The translations under genes were made by a program, and so were the position numbers. Below are positions 12,368 to 31,700 of a DNA stretch of 64,000 nt, piece by piece. This DNA comes from the human T2T-CHM13v2.0 reference genome, Homo sapiens. Under the pieces are notes generated by a model. The model was not told the origin of the DNA. It searched no databases and was given only the letters and a program-made list of their open reading frames with translations. The DNA is taken from the NCBI RefSeq assembly GCF_009914755.1, contig NC_060947.1; one strand, written 5' to 3'. Every line of letters starts with the position of its first letter. The stretch's first letter is position 1.

Positions 12368-13355
12368 TGTATTAGTTTTTTCTCGTGCTGCTGTGAAGAA
12401 ATACTCAAAACTGGGAAATTCATAAAGGAAAGAGGTTTAATTGAGTCACAGTTCTGCATGGCTGAGAAGGCCTCAGAAAACTTACAATTATGGCAGAAGG
12501 GGAAGAAAACATGTCCTTCACAAGGCAGCAGGAGGTAGAAGAATGAGAACCAAGCAAAGGGAAAGACTCATATAAAATCATCAGATCTCGTGAAAACTTA
12601 CTCTCATGAGAATAGCAGGGGGGAAACTGCCCCATCATTCAGTTACGTCCTACCTGGCCCCTCCCACCAACGTGGGGATTATGGAAACTACAATTCAAGA
12701 TGAGATTTGGGTGGGGACACAGCCAAACCATATCATCCCATGCCTGACCCCTCCAAAATCTCATGTCCTCACATTTCAAAACACAATCATACCTTTCCAA
12801 CAGTCACCCAGAGTCTTAGCTCATTCCATCATTAACCCAAAATTCCAAGCCCAAAGTCTCATCTGAGACAAGGCAAGTCCCTTCCACCTATGACACTGTA
12901 AAATCAAAAGCAAGTTAGTTACTTGCTAGATACAAGTGATGTACAGGCATTGGGTAAATACACCCATTGCAAATAGGAGAAATTGGCCAAAACAAAGGGG
13001 TTACAAGCCCCTTGCAAGTCTGAAATCCAATGAGGCAGTAATTAAATCTGAAAGCTCCAGAATAATCTTTGACTTTATGTCTCACATCCAGGTCATGCTG
13101 ATGAAAGAGGTGGACTCCCATTGTCGTGGGCAGCTCCACTCCCGTGGCTTTGCACAGTACAACCCTCCTCTGGGCTGCTTTCATTGGCTGGTGTTGAGTG
13201 TCTGAGGCTTTTCCAGGCACATGGTGCAAGCTGTCAGTGGAACTATCATTCTGGGGTCTGGAGGATGGTGTCTCTCTTCTCACAGCTCCACTAGGCAGTG
13301 CCCCAGCGGAGACTCTGTGTGAGGGCTCCAAATCCACATTTCCCTTCTGCACTCC
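12368..13355 (-). mobile_element. THE1D-like LTR (12368-12735) plus truncated THE1 internal sequence
   Basis: TGTATTAG...GAGATTTGGGTGGGGACACAGCCAAACCATATCA, followed by THE1-int (CCAAAATCTCATGTCCTCACATTTCAAAAC...). Confidence 0.9.
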
Positions 13356-13458
13356 TGTGATGGTTAATATGGAGTGTCAACTTGATAGGATAGTTTTGGA
13401 ACTTGGATTGGCTCTCCTTGCTCCTCAGCTTGCAGATGGCCTATTGTGGGACCATGTG
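13356..13458 (+). mobile_element. MLT2A (ERV-L) LTR remnant with internal deletion
   Basis: TGTGATGGTTAATATGGAGTGTCAACTTGAT joined directly to CTCCTTGCTCCTCAGCTTGCAGATGGCCTATTGTGGGAC. Confidence 0.8.
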
Positions 13459-16370
<2,912 letters not shown>

Positions 16371-16394
16371 AGAAAGAGAAAACAAATAAAAAAG

Positions 16395-16687
16395 GATATT
16401 TCATACACTCTTATTTGCATAAATTTAAGGGTTATAAGTAAAGTTTTGTTACATGGAAATATTGTCTAGTGGTAAAGTCTGGGCTTTTAGAGTAACCATC
16501 ACCCAAATAATGTATATTGTAACCACTGAGTAATTTCTCATCTTTCATCCCCTACCACCCTTCTGAGTCTTCAGTGTCCATTATTCTACACTCCAAGTCT
16601 ATGTATACACATTATTTAGAGCCCATTTATCAGTGAAGATATGCAGTATTTGTCTTCCTGTTTCTGATTGTTTCTCTTAAGATAATG
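16395..16687 (-). mobile_element. L1PB4-like 3' end (5'-truncated)
   Basis: TTTTGTTACATGG..ATATTG..TAGTGGT.AAGTCTGGGCTTTTAG.GTAACCATCACCC.AATAATG. Confidence 0.8.
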
Positions 16688-16751
16688 AATCAGGACAAAG
16701 TATCACATTGTTCAAAGCGTTTATGAACAATGTGACACTTTGTCCTTATTC
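16687..16751. repeat. Inverted repeat / hairpin, 28-bp arms, 2 mismatches, 9-nt spacer
   Basis: GAATCAGGACAAAGTATCACATTGTTCA-AAGCGTTTA-TGAACAATGTGACACTTTGTCCTTATTC. Confidence 0.95.
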
Positions 16752-16887
16752 CTCTATCGAGAGAGCTCTTTCCTTGGAGTTTTAGATGGTGAGGCTGCTG
16801 CCACCACAGCAGTGCAACTTAGGGCATAGAAGTTTACCCAGGGTCAAGAATAAAGAGAAAAGAGTTATAAAAATGTAAAACAAGGCG

Positions 16888-17232
<345 letters not shown>

Positions 17233-17756
17233 CTATTAGGATGGCTAAAATAAAAAATATATATATTTGATAATATCAACTGCTAGTGAGAATACAGAAC
17301 AGTAAGGACTGTCATAAACGAAATGTGGGAGTGCAAAAGGGTGCAATCACTTTGAAAGATAGTTTGGTAGTGTCTTACAAAGATAAATATAGTCTGGTAA
17401 TATGATCCAGCAATTATACTTCTTGGTATTTATCTAAATGATATGAACTTACATCCCCACAAAAGCCTTCACATGAATGTTTATAGCAGCCTTATTTATA
17501 ATTGCCAAAATGTGAAAGCAACTAATATGTTCTTAAATAGGTGAATGGATGAACAAATTTTGGTACATTCATACATTAAAATGTAGTGATGTTTTAAAGA
17601 AAGTGAACTCTCAAATCACAAAATCATAGATGAACATTAAATGCACACTGCTAAGTGAAACAATTCAGTCTGAAAAGGTTACATATTCTATGATTCTAAT
17701 TACATGACATTCTAGAAAAAGCAAAACTATAGACAGTAAAAAAGATTAGTGGATGT

Positions 17757-20700
17757 TGGAGGTGGAGCAATATGGCTAAATAGAAGCATCCAACAATCAT
17801 TCCATGCTCCAAGGAACACCAAATTTAACAACTATACATACAAAAAAGAGTACCTTCGTAAAAAACAAAAATTAGGTGAGCAATTACCTTACCAGTTTTT
17901 AACATCATATTAAATAAAGTGGCACTGAAAAGCATAAGATAGTCTTGAACTGTCTACACCTCACCTCCCCTACCCGCTAGCAGTAGCTGTGTACCACAAA
18001 GAATCTGTGTGTTTAGAGAATGGATACTGCAGTGGCTGTGAGACTTTTCATTGAAACTCAATGGTGTCCTGTCACAGTGGAAATCAACATCAGGCGGAAG
18101 TCAGCCAGGACCCATGAAGTCATAATTTAGATAAGCCCTAAGCAGAGATAAATTGCCCATCCCAGCTATTGGAACCTGAGTTCCAACAAGCCCCACCACC
18201 GAGGCTAAAGTTCTTTAGAGTCCTAAATGAACTTGAAAGGCCATCTAGACCACAAAGACTACAGTTTCTGGGCACGTTCTGGTACTGTGCTGGGCTCAAA
18301 GACAGCCAACTTGGGGTGCACTTGAGCTAGTAGGACACCAGCTACAGTTGCCAAGAGAGTGCTAGTGTCTACCCTCCCCCAACCACAAACAGAGCAGCTC
18401 AAAGCTATGGGACAGACACCATCCCTCTGCTTGAAGACAAGAGAAGTGAGAGTAAAAAGGACTTTGTCTTGCAAGTGGATACCAAGTAAGCCACAATAGA
18501 ATAGAGGACCAGGCAGAGTCCAGAGGGCATCATTACAGGCCATAACACCTGTATGATATTTCTAGACATACCCTGAGCCAGAAAGCAACTTGCTGCCTTG
18601 AAGGGAAAATCCCAGTCCCAGCCGTACCTATCACCTGCTGACTAAAGCGCTCTCAGTCCTTAAATACTCACCAGTGGCAGCCAGCTCTGATTCTCACCCA
18701 GGAATACGAAAGAGTAAAAGGGGACATTGTCTTGCAGCTTGGGTACCAGCTTGGCCACAGTGGGGATAGAGCATCAGGTTGGCTCCTGGGATTCCCAATT
18801 CCAGGCCTTGGTTCCTGGGCAGCATTTCTGGTCCTGCCCTGGGCCAGAAGGGAGCCTACTTCCCTAAAGGAAGAGAATCAGGACAGGCAGCATTCATCAT
18901 AAGCTGATAGAAGATCCCTTGGGCCTTGAGTAAACATCAGCAGTAGCTGGGCAGCACTGGCTTTGGCAATGGCCATGGGGAGAGATTCCTCTGCTTGAGG
19001 AAAAGGGAGGGAAGAGTGGGGAGGACTTTTTCTTGTAGCTTGAGTGCCAGCTAAGCCACAGGAGAATAGAGCACCAGGTAGATTCCTAAGGTTCCTGAAT
19101 CCAGGCCCTGGCTCCCAGGCAGAATCTCTGGACCCACCCAAGGCTGGGGTAAACTTGCTGTTTTGGTGGAAAGGACAGAAGCATTTGGATTAGTGACCTA
19201 CTGATTTTAGAGCCTTGACACCTTGAGTGAACATAGGCAGTAGCCAGTCAGTGGTCACTGTGGGCCTTGGGTGAGATCCAATGCTGTGCTGACTTTGGGT
19301 CTGACCCAGCATAGTTCCAATTGTGGTGGCTGCAAAGGTGCTTGTGTCACCCGCCTACCCATACCAGACAGCTCAGCCAAGTGAGAGAGACTTCATTTGT
19401 GTTTGGAAAATAAGGAACTACCAATCCTACTTAAACTATTCCAAAAAATAGAGGAGGGAATACTTCCATACTCATTCTTTGAGGCTAGTATTACCCTAAT
19501 GCCAAAACCAGACAAGGACACATAAACAAAAATAATACTACAGGCCAATATAACTGATGAACATTGATGCAAAAATTCTCCACATAATATTAGTAAACTG
19601 AATTCCACAACACATTTTAAAAGTTTATTCATTATTACCAATTGGGATTTATCCCAGGCATGCAAGGATTGTCTAACATATGTAAATCAATAAATGTGAT
19701 ACGCTATATCAACAGAATAAAAGAAAAAAACATATGAGTATTTAATTTGATGCTGAGAAAGCATTTGATAAAATTCAGTATCTTTTCATAATAAAGCTAT
19801 CATGAACATGCCTCAATACAATAAAAGCCACGTATGACAGACCCACAGCTAGTATCATAATGAAGGTGGATCTTCCTCTAAGATCTACAACAAGACAAGG
19901 ATGACCAGTTTCACCACTGTTATCCAGCATAGTACTGGAAATCCTAGCTACAGCAATCAATCAGACAAGAAAAAACAAAAACAAAAACAAAGGACAACCA
20001 AATTGGAAAGGAAGAAGTTAAATTATTTTTGTCTGCAGATGATATGATCTTATATTTGGAAAAATCTACTCTATCAAAATACTGTTAGAAATGATAAGCA
20101 AATTCAGTAAAGTTGCAAGACACAAATCATCATACAAAAATCAGTAGCATTTCTGTATGCCAAGTGTGAACATCTGAAAAAAAATCAAGAAAGTAATATC
20201 ATTTATTATAGCTACAAATAAAATTAAATTCCAAGGGATAATCTTAACCAAAGTAGCAGAATATCATTATAATGAAAACTAGGAAACACTGATGCAAGAA
20301 ATTTCAGAGAAGACGTACACAAAAAATGGAAAAATATTCTACGTTCATGGATTAGAAGAATCAATATTGTTAAAATGTCCATACTACCCAAAGCAACCTA
20401 CAGATCCAGTGCAATTCCTATGAAAATACCAATGATATTCTTTCAACACATAGAAAAATAATCCTAAAATTTATATGGTACTACAGTAGTTTCGTAATAG
20501 CCAAAGCTATCCTGAGCAAAAAGAACAAAACTGGAAGAATCATGTTACTTGACTTCAAATTATACTACCGGATTTTTTTTTTTTTCAAAAAAAGAGCATG
20601 ATAGTGGCATAGAAGGAGACACATAGACCAGTGCAACAGAATAGAGTATCCAGAAATGAATCCATACATCTTCAGTGAACTCATTGTTAACAAAGATGCC

Positions 20701-22094
20701 AAAAACAATCACTAAGGAAAGGCATTCTCTTTAATAAATGGATATTAAATAAATATCCACTTGCAGAACAATGAAACTGGATGCCTGTGTTGTACCATGT
20801 AGAAAAATCAAAATATTCAAATCTAAGACCTCACACTATGAAACTACTAAAAAAAAAACATTACAGAAACACTGAAGAACATTGGTCTGAGCAAATGTTT
20901 CTTGGGTAATACCCACATGCACAGGCAATCAAAGCAAAAAGGACAAAATGGATCACATCAAGTTTAAAAGCTTCTGCACAGCAAAGGAAACAATCAACAA
21001 AGTTAAGAGATAACCTGGAGAATGGGAAAAGTTATCTGCATCCTATCCATCTGACAAGGGATTAATAACCAGAATATATAAGGAGCTCAAAGAACTCAAT
21101 AGAAACAAATTATAATGCAATTTAAAAATGAGCAAAAGATCTGAATAAACATTTCTCCAAAAAGACATACAAATGGGAAACAGGTATATAAAAAATGCTC
21201 AACATTATTGATCATCAGAGAACTGCAGACCAAAACTACAATGACATACTATGTTGCCCCAGTTAAAAATAACTTTTATCCAAAAGACAGGCAATAATGA
21301 ATGCTTGCAAGAATGTGGAGAAAAGGACATTCTTGTACACTGTTGGTGGCAGTGTCATTTAATAAAACCACTATGGAGAACACTTTGGAGGTTCTTTAAA
21401 AATACTAAAAATAGAACTACCTTGTGATGCAGCAATCCCACTGCTAAGTATACACCCAAAGGAAAGGACATCAGCATATTAAAGAGATATCTGCACTCCC
21501 ATGTTTGCTGCAGCACTATTCACCTTAGCCAAGATTTGGAAGCCACCTAAGTGCCAACTGACAGATATGTGGATAAAGAAAATGTGGTACCTAAACACAG
21601 TAGAGTGCTATTCAGCTATAAAAATCTGAGATTCTGTCATTTGCAACAACATGGATGGAATTGTGGCCATTATGTTAAGTGAAATAAGCCAGGTACAGAA
21701 ATACAAGCTTCACATGTTCTCACTTTTTTCTCAAAGCTAAAAATCAAAACAGTTGAACTCATGGAGATAGAGAGTAGAGGCTCAGAAGGATAGTATTGCA
21801 GGAGAATTGGGGATAGCCAATGGGTACAAAAATATACTTATGGAGAATGAGCAAGATTTAGTATTTCATAGCACAAAAGGGTGACCATAGTCAACAATAA
21901 TTTAGTGCACATTTAAAAGTAATTAAAAGAGTATAATTACATTATTTGTAACACAGAGAAATAATAAATGCTTGAGGTGATGAAAACCTCATTTACCCTA
22001 ATGTTATTAATGTGCATTGTATGCCTGTATCAAAATATTTTGTGTACTTCACAACACATACACCTACTGTGTACCCACGGAAATAAAAAAAAAA
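17757..22094 (+). mobile_element. L1MA2/3-like LINE-1 with intact 5' end but lacking ORF1 and endonuclease
   Basis: 5' GGAGCAATATGGCTAAATAGAAG...GGAACACCAAATTTAACAACTA; monomeric 5'UTR to ~19410; then ORF2 (CCAATCCTACTTAAACTATTCC) to the 3'UTR and A-tail; degenerate TSD AAAAGATTAGTGG / AAAATACTAGTGG. Confidence 0.88.
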
Positions 22095-23072
22095 TACTAG
22101 TGGTTGCATAGGATTATGGGAAGGGAGAGGTTGAATAAGTGAAGCACCTAAAATTATTTTTCAGTGGTTAACTTTTTTATATTATATATTCTTGTATCTG
22201 GTATGGTGGCTATTTAAATTATGAATTTCTCAGACCCCATAAAACTTTATAGGAAAGAGTGACTCTTACTGCACGCATATTTTAAAAATTATTTAGGAGA
22301 TTAGGGGAACCAGGATTGAATGCAGGATGTGTTAAAAGAGTCTAAATGTGTTTTATTTGTATTCTAAAAGAATATGAATATATAAAATACCTAAAAGGAG
22401 TGAGGGAATAATGTGCTGGCATAGGTAACTTTGAAAATTGGTGGAGTCTATAAGACTAAATCAACTGGTAACCATATATAAACATTACACTCTACTTGAT
22501 AATGTTGTTTTCTGTTGGGACATTGTTTGACAATTCTGAAATTACTATACATGTAAACTGGACAGGAAGAATTAAGTAAATGGATAGTAGGTGGTGGAAG
22601 CCAGGTTTTTTACTGCTGGATTGAGAGATCACAAATAAACAAGAGAATAGGATAGAATGATCAGTGTGTTAATGAATTAGAGTTGGAGAGATTAGTGTGA
22701 ATTCGGGTTTAGCTTAATTCAGGTACAAATTGATATATACAGAAATATTTATAGATATATGTATATATATGGATTAGTGTATACCCATAAGATTTTTGCT
22801 CTGTCAGTTTATAAGGCCTAGAAGCAACAACAATCCTGTACCAGTGAGCACACCTATCACCCAGATCTTGGTGTGTAATGCCATTCTCCAACAAAAGGAT
22901 CTAGAGACCCTTGGAGAAATGGCTGATTCTAAGGGTGTGGCAGGACATACATAAGATGAGCTTTAAGCATCTTATAGTGCCTGAAAGTGAGAAAGTACTA
23001 CCCATGCCCCACACTTCAAAAAAATAACCAAAACACAAGGATTATATATATTAAAGGATACCAGGAACATAC

Positions 23073-25659
<2,587 letters not shown>

Positions 25660-26956
25660 TCAAGTAATAGAGCTTACAATTGCCAAAGATAGAACGATTT
25701 GTAGAACAAAATAAAGTAGTATTTTATTATAACCTAAGGTATAAGATAAATATTCATAAGTACAGATATAAATAAATGATTGAACAAATAAATGTACAGA
25801 GAAGAGACAAATCACATAGGCAGAAGGATCATAAATAATTTATGCAGATGTTCTGCCCTTAAGGAGGTAGAAAATGGCTCCCCAAATCGGTAAGTTTGGT
25901 TTGCACATACTGTCTGACTTTCTTTCAAAGATTACATTATGAAAAAAGAGGGGAAAATAAATTTCCAATGAAGAAATCTAATAAACACTGCCTCAAGCCA
26001 TGTGATCAAGGTTAACATCAAGAGTGTGAAGTCATATTGATACTATGTTCCCTTGATATGATGATATGAGAATGGCACTTTATAATCTTTCTCCCAAAAA
26101 CCTATTACGTCAGTCTAATCATGAGAAAAGCATTAGACAAATCCCAATCGAGAGGCATTCTACAAAATATCTGACCGGTAATTTTTCAAATCTATTATTA
26201 TCATCAGCAATGAGGAAAGTCTAAGAAACAGTTAATAAGTACCTAAGGGAACATGAACTGTTAATAAAGTATGAACTTTAACAGTAATGTATCAATATTG
26301 GTTCATTATTGTGGAAAATGTACCTTATAATCTAAGAGGTTAATAATGGGACTGATATTAGGTATTTGGGAATTCTCTATACTATCTTCACAGTAATTCT
26401 GTAATCTAAAACTGCTCTATATTAAATAAAAAAAACTGAAAGAATGAGGATTATGCTGTATTCTTCAGCTTTCAAGGGACTCTCTTAAATGTTCTCTGGC
26501 TGTAAATAGGCAGCTTAACACAGTTCTGCATTTATATCTCATCTTAGGTCAAATTCAGGATACAAACAGGAAAACAATATGTGAAGCTTACTGTTATTTA
26601 AGCTGTAACTATCATTCCCAACTGGTCTCCCATTTATTTTTCAGAGCCTTCAGGTAGAAACTTATATATTTTGATCAAGAATTGTACTTGTAATCAGTGG
26701 GAAGGATAAGGGGTAGCTGACTTACTCCGCCTTGGCTAGGATTAGAAAGCTCAACCCAATTTTTTATGAAGTAGATGATTTGCCAAAGTAATTGGTTGAA
26801 AGGAAAACATGAATGTATTTCCATGAATTTTTTTCAGACATCCATATTGTAGTCAATTTTTTTGCTTTCTAGGTGTTTATGCCCCACTGACCCACTCATC
26901 TTAATCTTTCTTCCAGCATCCCCCAAAAGGACCTATGGCCTTTTGTTAGGGTAATT

Positions 26957-26989
26957 GTACATTGGGGTACATTGGGGTACATTGGGGTA
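26957..26989 (+). repeat. Tandem repeat (GTACATTGGG)x3
   Basis: Three perfect 10-mers plus GTA. Confidence 0.95.
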
Positions 26990-27863
26990 AAGGAAATAAT
27001 TAGATCTCTTGAATACTACTGGACAATGTCTCTGAACTGACACTGCCCCCAGGAGACCAAGAATGCCACTTTGGTCTAGCAGTCAGAGTAGGGGCATGGA
27101 GGTTAGGTGTTCAATTGAGTTTTAGGCCAGCTTTATCTCAAGTGGAAAAAATAGACCACAAACCTGTCCTGTGGTCAGTTACCCAGTTTTGGAATGCATA
27201 ATTGGAACAGATGTAGATATACTCAGCAGCTAGTCATAAGTCTGCATTAATTCCCTGGCCTGTGGAGTGAGAGCTATTATGTCGGTAAAGGCAAAGGGGA
27301 AGCCCCTAGAACTGTCTTTACCAAGGAAAATAGTAAAACATAAGCAATGTTTTCATAAAGGGACTGCAGAGATTAGTGCCACCGCTAAGGACTTGAAAGA
27401 CACACTTACTTCCCAATTCAACCCACCTATTTTGCCTGTGCATAAGATGAATGGATCTTGGAGAATGACAGTGGATTATCTTAAGTTTAACTAGGTGGTG
27501 CCTCTGACTGCAACTGCTATACTAAATATGACTTCGTTGCTTGAATAAATTAACACATCCCTTGGTTCCTGGTATGCAGGTACTGAAATAACAAATACTT
27601 TTTTTCCTTACATGTTAAAAAGGCCCATGAAATCCAGCTTGCTTTGAACTGGAAAGGCCATCAACATACCATAACTGTCCTACTTCTAGCCCTATGTCAT
27701 AATTTAGTTTGCAGGGATTTTGATCATCTTTCATTTCTACAAGATATTACCCTGCTCTTTTTCACTGATTACTTTGTACTGATTTGACCTGGTGAGCAAG
27801 AAGTAGTAGCTAGACTTACTGGTAAGATCTTTGCATATCAGAGGATAGAAAATAAATCTGACA

Positions 27864-28502
<639 letters not shown>

Positions 28503-28789
28503 TCAGGAGTCCTCTATCTCAGTGAAATTTATAGGGGTCCATTGATATAAAGGATATCAAAATATTCCTTCTAAGTTGAAGGGTGAGTTGTTGCATTTGC
28601 ATGATTTGCCATTTATGGAGTAAAGAGTACCTGACTTAGAATCAGAGAGCATGGATTTAAGTACTGCCTGTGACACCATGGAGAAGTCACTTCTCCTTTC
28701 TAGGTTAGTCTGTATAAATGCAAAATAAAAATGTTGGGCTAGAAGTTTATCTTTAAGATCCCTTCTAACTCTCAAGATTCTAGAATTCT

Positions 28790-30330
28790 AAAATTCTAAG
28801 TTGTTAATCAGTTTTCACTTGAACATTTCTAGTGACAAGAAACTCATTATCTGTAGAATTACTTAATTTCAATTGTATACATCTCTATTCATTGGAAAAT
28901 AGTTTTCTTATGTAGAGCCAAAATCTGCATTCCAATAACTTCCATACATTGATCATAGAAGGAAATTCGAACAAATCTGATTTTCTCTTCTATGTAACAG
29001 TCCATCAGATATTTGAAGCCACTCACAATCCTATTTTTTGCTAGGCTCAATACCCCTAGTTCTTTAAGCTTTTCTTTGGATAGTATGGTTTCTTTCCACC
29101 TCACCATTGTGTTCATTCTCCTCTGAATATGTGATTTGCCAATATAGAGTTCAGAAATGACCTAGTCCCAAAGAATACAGTAGTTCATCTGGCTATTCTA
29201 GAGTATACAGGTCTATCATCTCACTTGTTTTACTAATCAAAGTTTTTGGATTGCATCTGTCTTATTTATTTTGGCTATGTAACATACTACTACAGACTGG
29301 GTAATTTATGACGAACAGAAATGTATTTTCTCTGAGTTCTGGGAGCTGAGAAATCCAAGATCAAGGTGCTGGCTTCTGGTTAAGACCTTCCTGCTGCACC
29401 CTCACATGGTGTAAGAGAAAGAAAGATGAAGACTATTTCAAGCCTCTTTTATAAGGTGTTTAATCCTATTCATGAGGGAGGAGCTCTCATTACCTAATCA
29501 CCTCTTAAAGACCCCACCTCTTAATACTATCACATTCACAACACATGAATTTTAGAGATGACACATTCAAACTACAGCAGTATCCCAGGATCACATTAAT
29601 TTTTAAACAGCTATATTAGACAGCTGAGTCATATTAATTGTGTAGTCAGTGTACTCAAATCTTAGTTTGTTGATATATGTGCTTGCAGATTCATGATTTT
29701 TTCAGTCTTTTGAACACTGTTATTTAGACCCGGGGCAAGATTCTATAGCAATCCTGGGTATAATTCTTCTTGTTAATTTTTTTGGTCCCTGCCTCTGTCA
29801 TCCAAAGTGTTCACTCTGATTCAAGTTCCACATCACTGACAAAATCGTAAGCCAAACTGCAACATTTTTTTCAACTAATTAATAATAATTTGTGACAAGA
29901 ATTACCATAAAATGCCACTGAAGTTTTAAGTTGACACTACTTCACATATTACCACATTCTTGTGAGGTATCTCAAACACAAATCAGTCTAAGTCTACCAA
30001 AACTCAGTTCATATTTTGCTATATTTTTGCATTAAGGGTATTGAGACAGGCTTTGTTTGGTGCCCTGCTAAAGGCCAGATATAGTACACTTACAACACTT
30101 TCCCTTATCTACCAGTCACTTAAAACCTACCAAAGAATAAATGAGATTACTTTGGTATAACTTGTTCTCCATGAATCCATGTGCAATCCTATAAAAGTGA
30201 TCATAAAATCATCTTTTCAATGATAAAATGAACTGCCCCATCCATCTCTTTCCTTTAAAAAAAAAAGAATAACATTGATATGTCTCCAGTTTTCCCATGC
30301 TCTTCCCAGGGTTCTTGAGATATCACCACC
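28790..30330 (-). mobile_element. L3/CR1 LINE ORF2 (RT and C-terminus) fragment
   Basis: ORF 28889-29116 KEKLKELGVLSLAKNR..FKYLMDC resembles the CR1 motif YEERLKELGLFSLEKRR..FKYLKG. The minus strand near 30140-30185 reads HGFMENKLYQSNLI, the CR1 RT QHGF motif. Confidence 0.75.
29258..29579 (-). mobile_element. MaLR solo LTR (MLT1A/MSTD-like) inserted in L3
   Basis: TGTCTTA...GACTGGGTAATTTAT...TCCAAGATCAAGGTGCTGG...CACATTCAAACTACAGCA; 5-bp TSD GCATC/GTATC. Confidence 0.85.
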
Positions 30331-30359
30331 CTTATATACAAACAGGGATAGTTTGTAGC

Positions 30360-30590
30360 TTGGTGAACAGTAGAAAAAGAATAGCCATAGAATCAGAGTT
30401 ACGTTCAACATTTGACTCCATAATTTACTTGTTGTATAGAAGATTGCTTAATATCTCTTAGCCTTTATTTTTTCTTTGTAAAATGTAAATACTGCTGTCT
30501 ACTTGGAAAGAAAAGTAATAAAACTTAGAAATGCTGTATTTAACACCTAGTTCATGGTACATACTAAGAAATTATGTTATTATTATTTAT
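30360..30590 (+). mobile_element. MIR (degraded)
   Basis: CTTAATATCTCTTAGCCTT...TGTAAAATG... Confidence 0.45.
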
Positions 30591-31289
30591 CTGAAATATA
30601 CTTTATGTCTAGTAGCTTGACTTCATTAAAGATACAAATCTTACTCTCTTGATTAGAATTCCAATTTATTCTTCTTTATTACCACTTCAAACATTCCAAT
30701 CCAAAGGTTATTTTCATGCCTAGTCTGGCTTTGGATTCTTACCCCATTGTTGCTTCAGGTACATTCTGAGCAGTGTCTCAGGTGCAGTTTCAGATCCAGA
30801 GGCTTTGAATCAGCTCTTCTTCTTGATGCTACATTTTGTGCTCAGAACACTCTCCTCCTTCCCTCTTTTATTTTCTCCTCCTTTATTTTCCCAGTAAAAC
30901 ATATGCTTGCCCAGATTCCTCTCTCTTGGTATCACAAATTCTCCCTTTGGGTTCTTTAGGACTTTCCAGGTTTTCATGTAATCCAAAATGAAATTTTGAT
31001 GCTTGATTCCTCACTATTTCCTTGTTTTATAGTAGAAGGCTGTAGAATTTTACAAAGGAAGATTTCTCTGATTCACAAGTAACTATATCGAGTTATATTT
31101 TCCATGTTACCAAGTGACTAAGATGCATTTTGTAGATCTTTCTGATATGCTATGTTCCTTCATTAAAAACCTGCTTCATCCAAATATCTATTTTAGGTAA
31201 GCATAGGATGGAGCTGAAATGACTATATGCAGTATAAAGGCATTATACGCTTTAGTAATAATTTGGGGTAGAAGTCTTCAAGATAAAAT

Positions 31290-31700
31290 AAAATCACTTT
31301 AGCATGATACAAGACTCCACATGATCTGGCCTTTGCCGTGATCTTCCTATAACCATAGCAATGTACAATTATAGTGTGTCTTATTTTCTTTATTTCTGTA
31401 CCTTTGCACAAAATCATCTGTCTGTAATTATTTATTGGTATTCAAGAATTAGTTCAGTCATCACCTCCTTTGGTAAGTCTTCACTGAAGCCTTACGTTCC
31501 AAGTCTGAGTTAATGCATCACCATTGTGATCATGTAGCACTCTGTGTTTTCTTCTATTCAAGTACTTATTAGGTTATATGGTCTATTTACTTGTCTATCT
31601 TCCCAATAGTCTGTATGTTTCTCTAGGCCAGGGAATGTCCCTTATTCATTTCTGTGTACCCAGTATTTAAATAGCAAAGAGTGAGCAGTTGACAATTTAA
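31290..31700 (+). mobile_element. L2 3' region
   Basis: CATGATCTGGCC...TCACCTCCTTTGG.AAGTCTTC.CTGA...CTTATTCATTTCTGTGTACCCAG. Confidence 0.55.

Noticed and set aside
18300-19400. CRISPR-like or novel repeat array
   Set aside because: Long degenerate monomers with no unique spacers; this is an L1 5'UTR in eukaryotic DNA.
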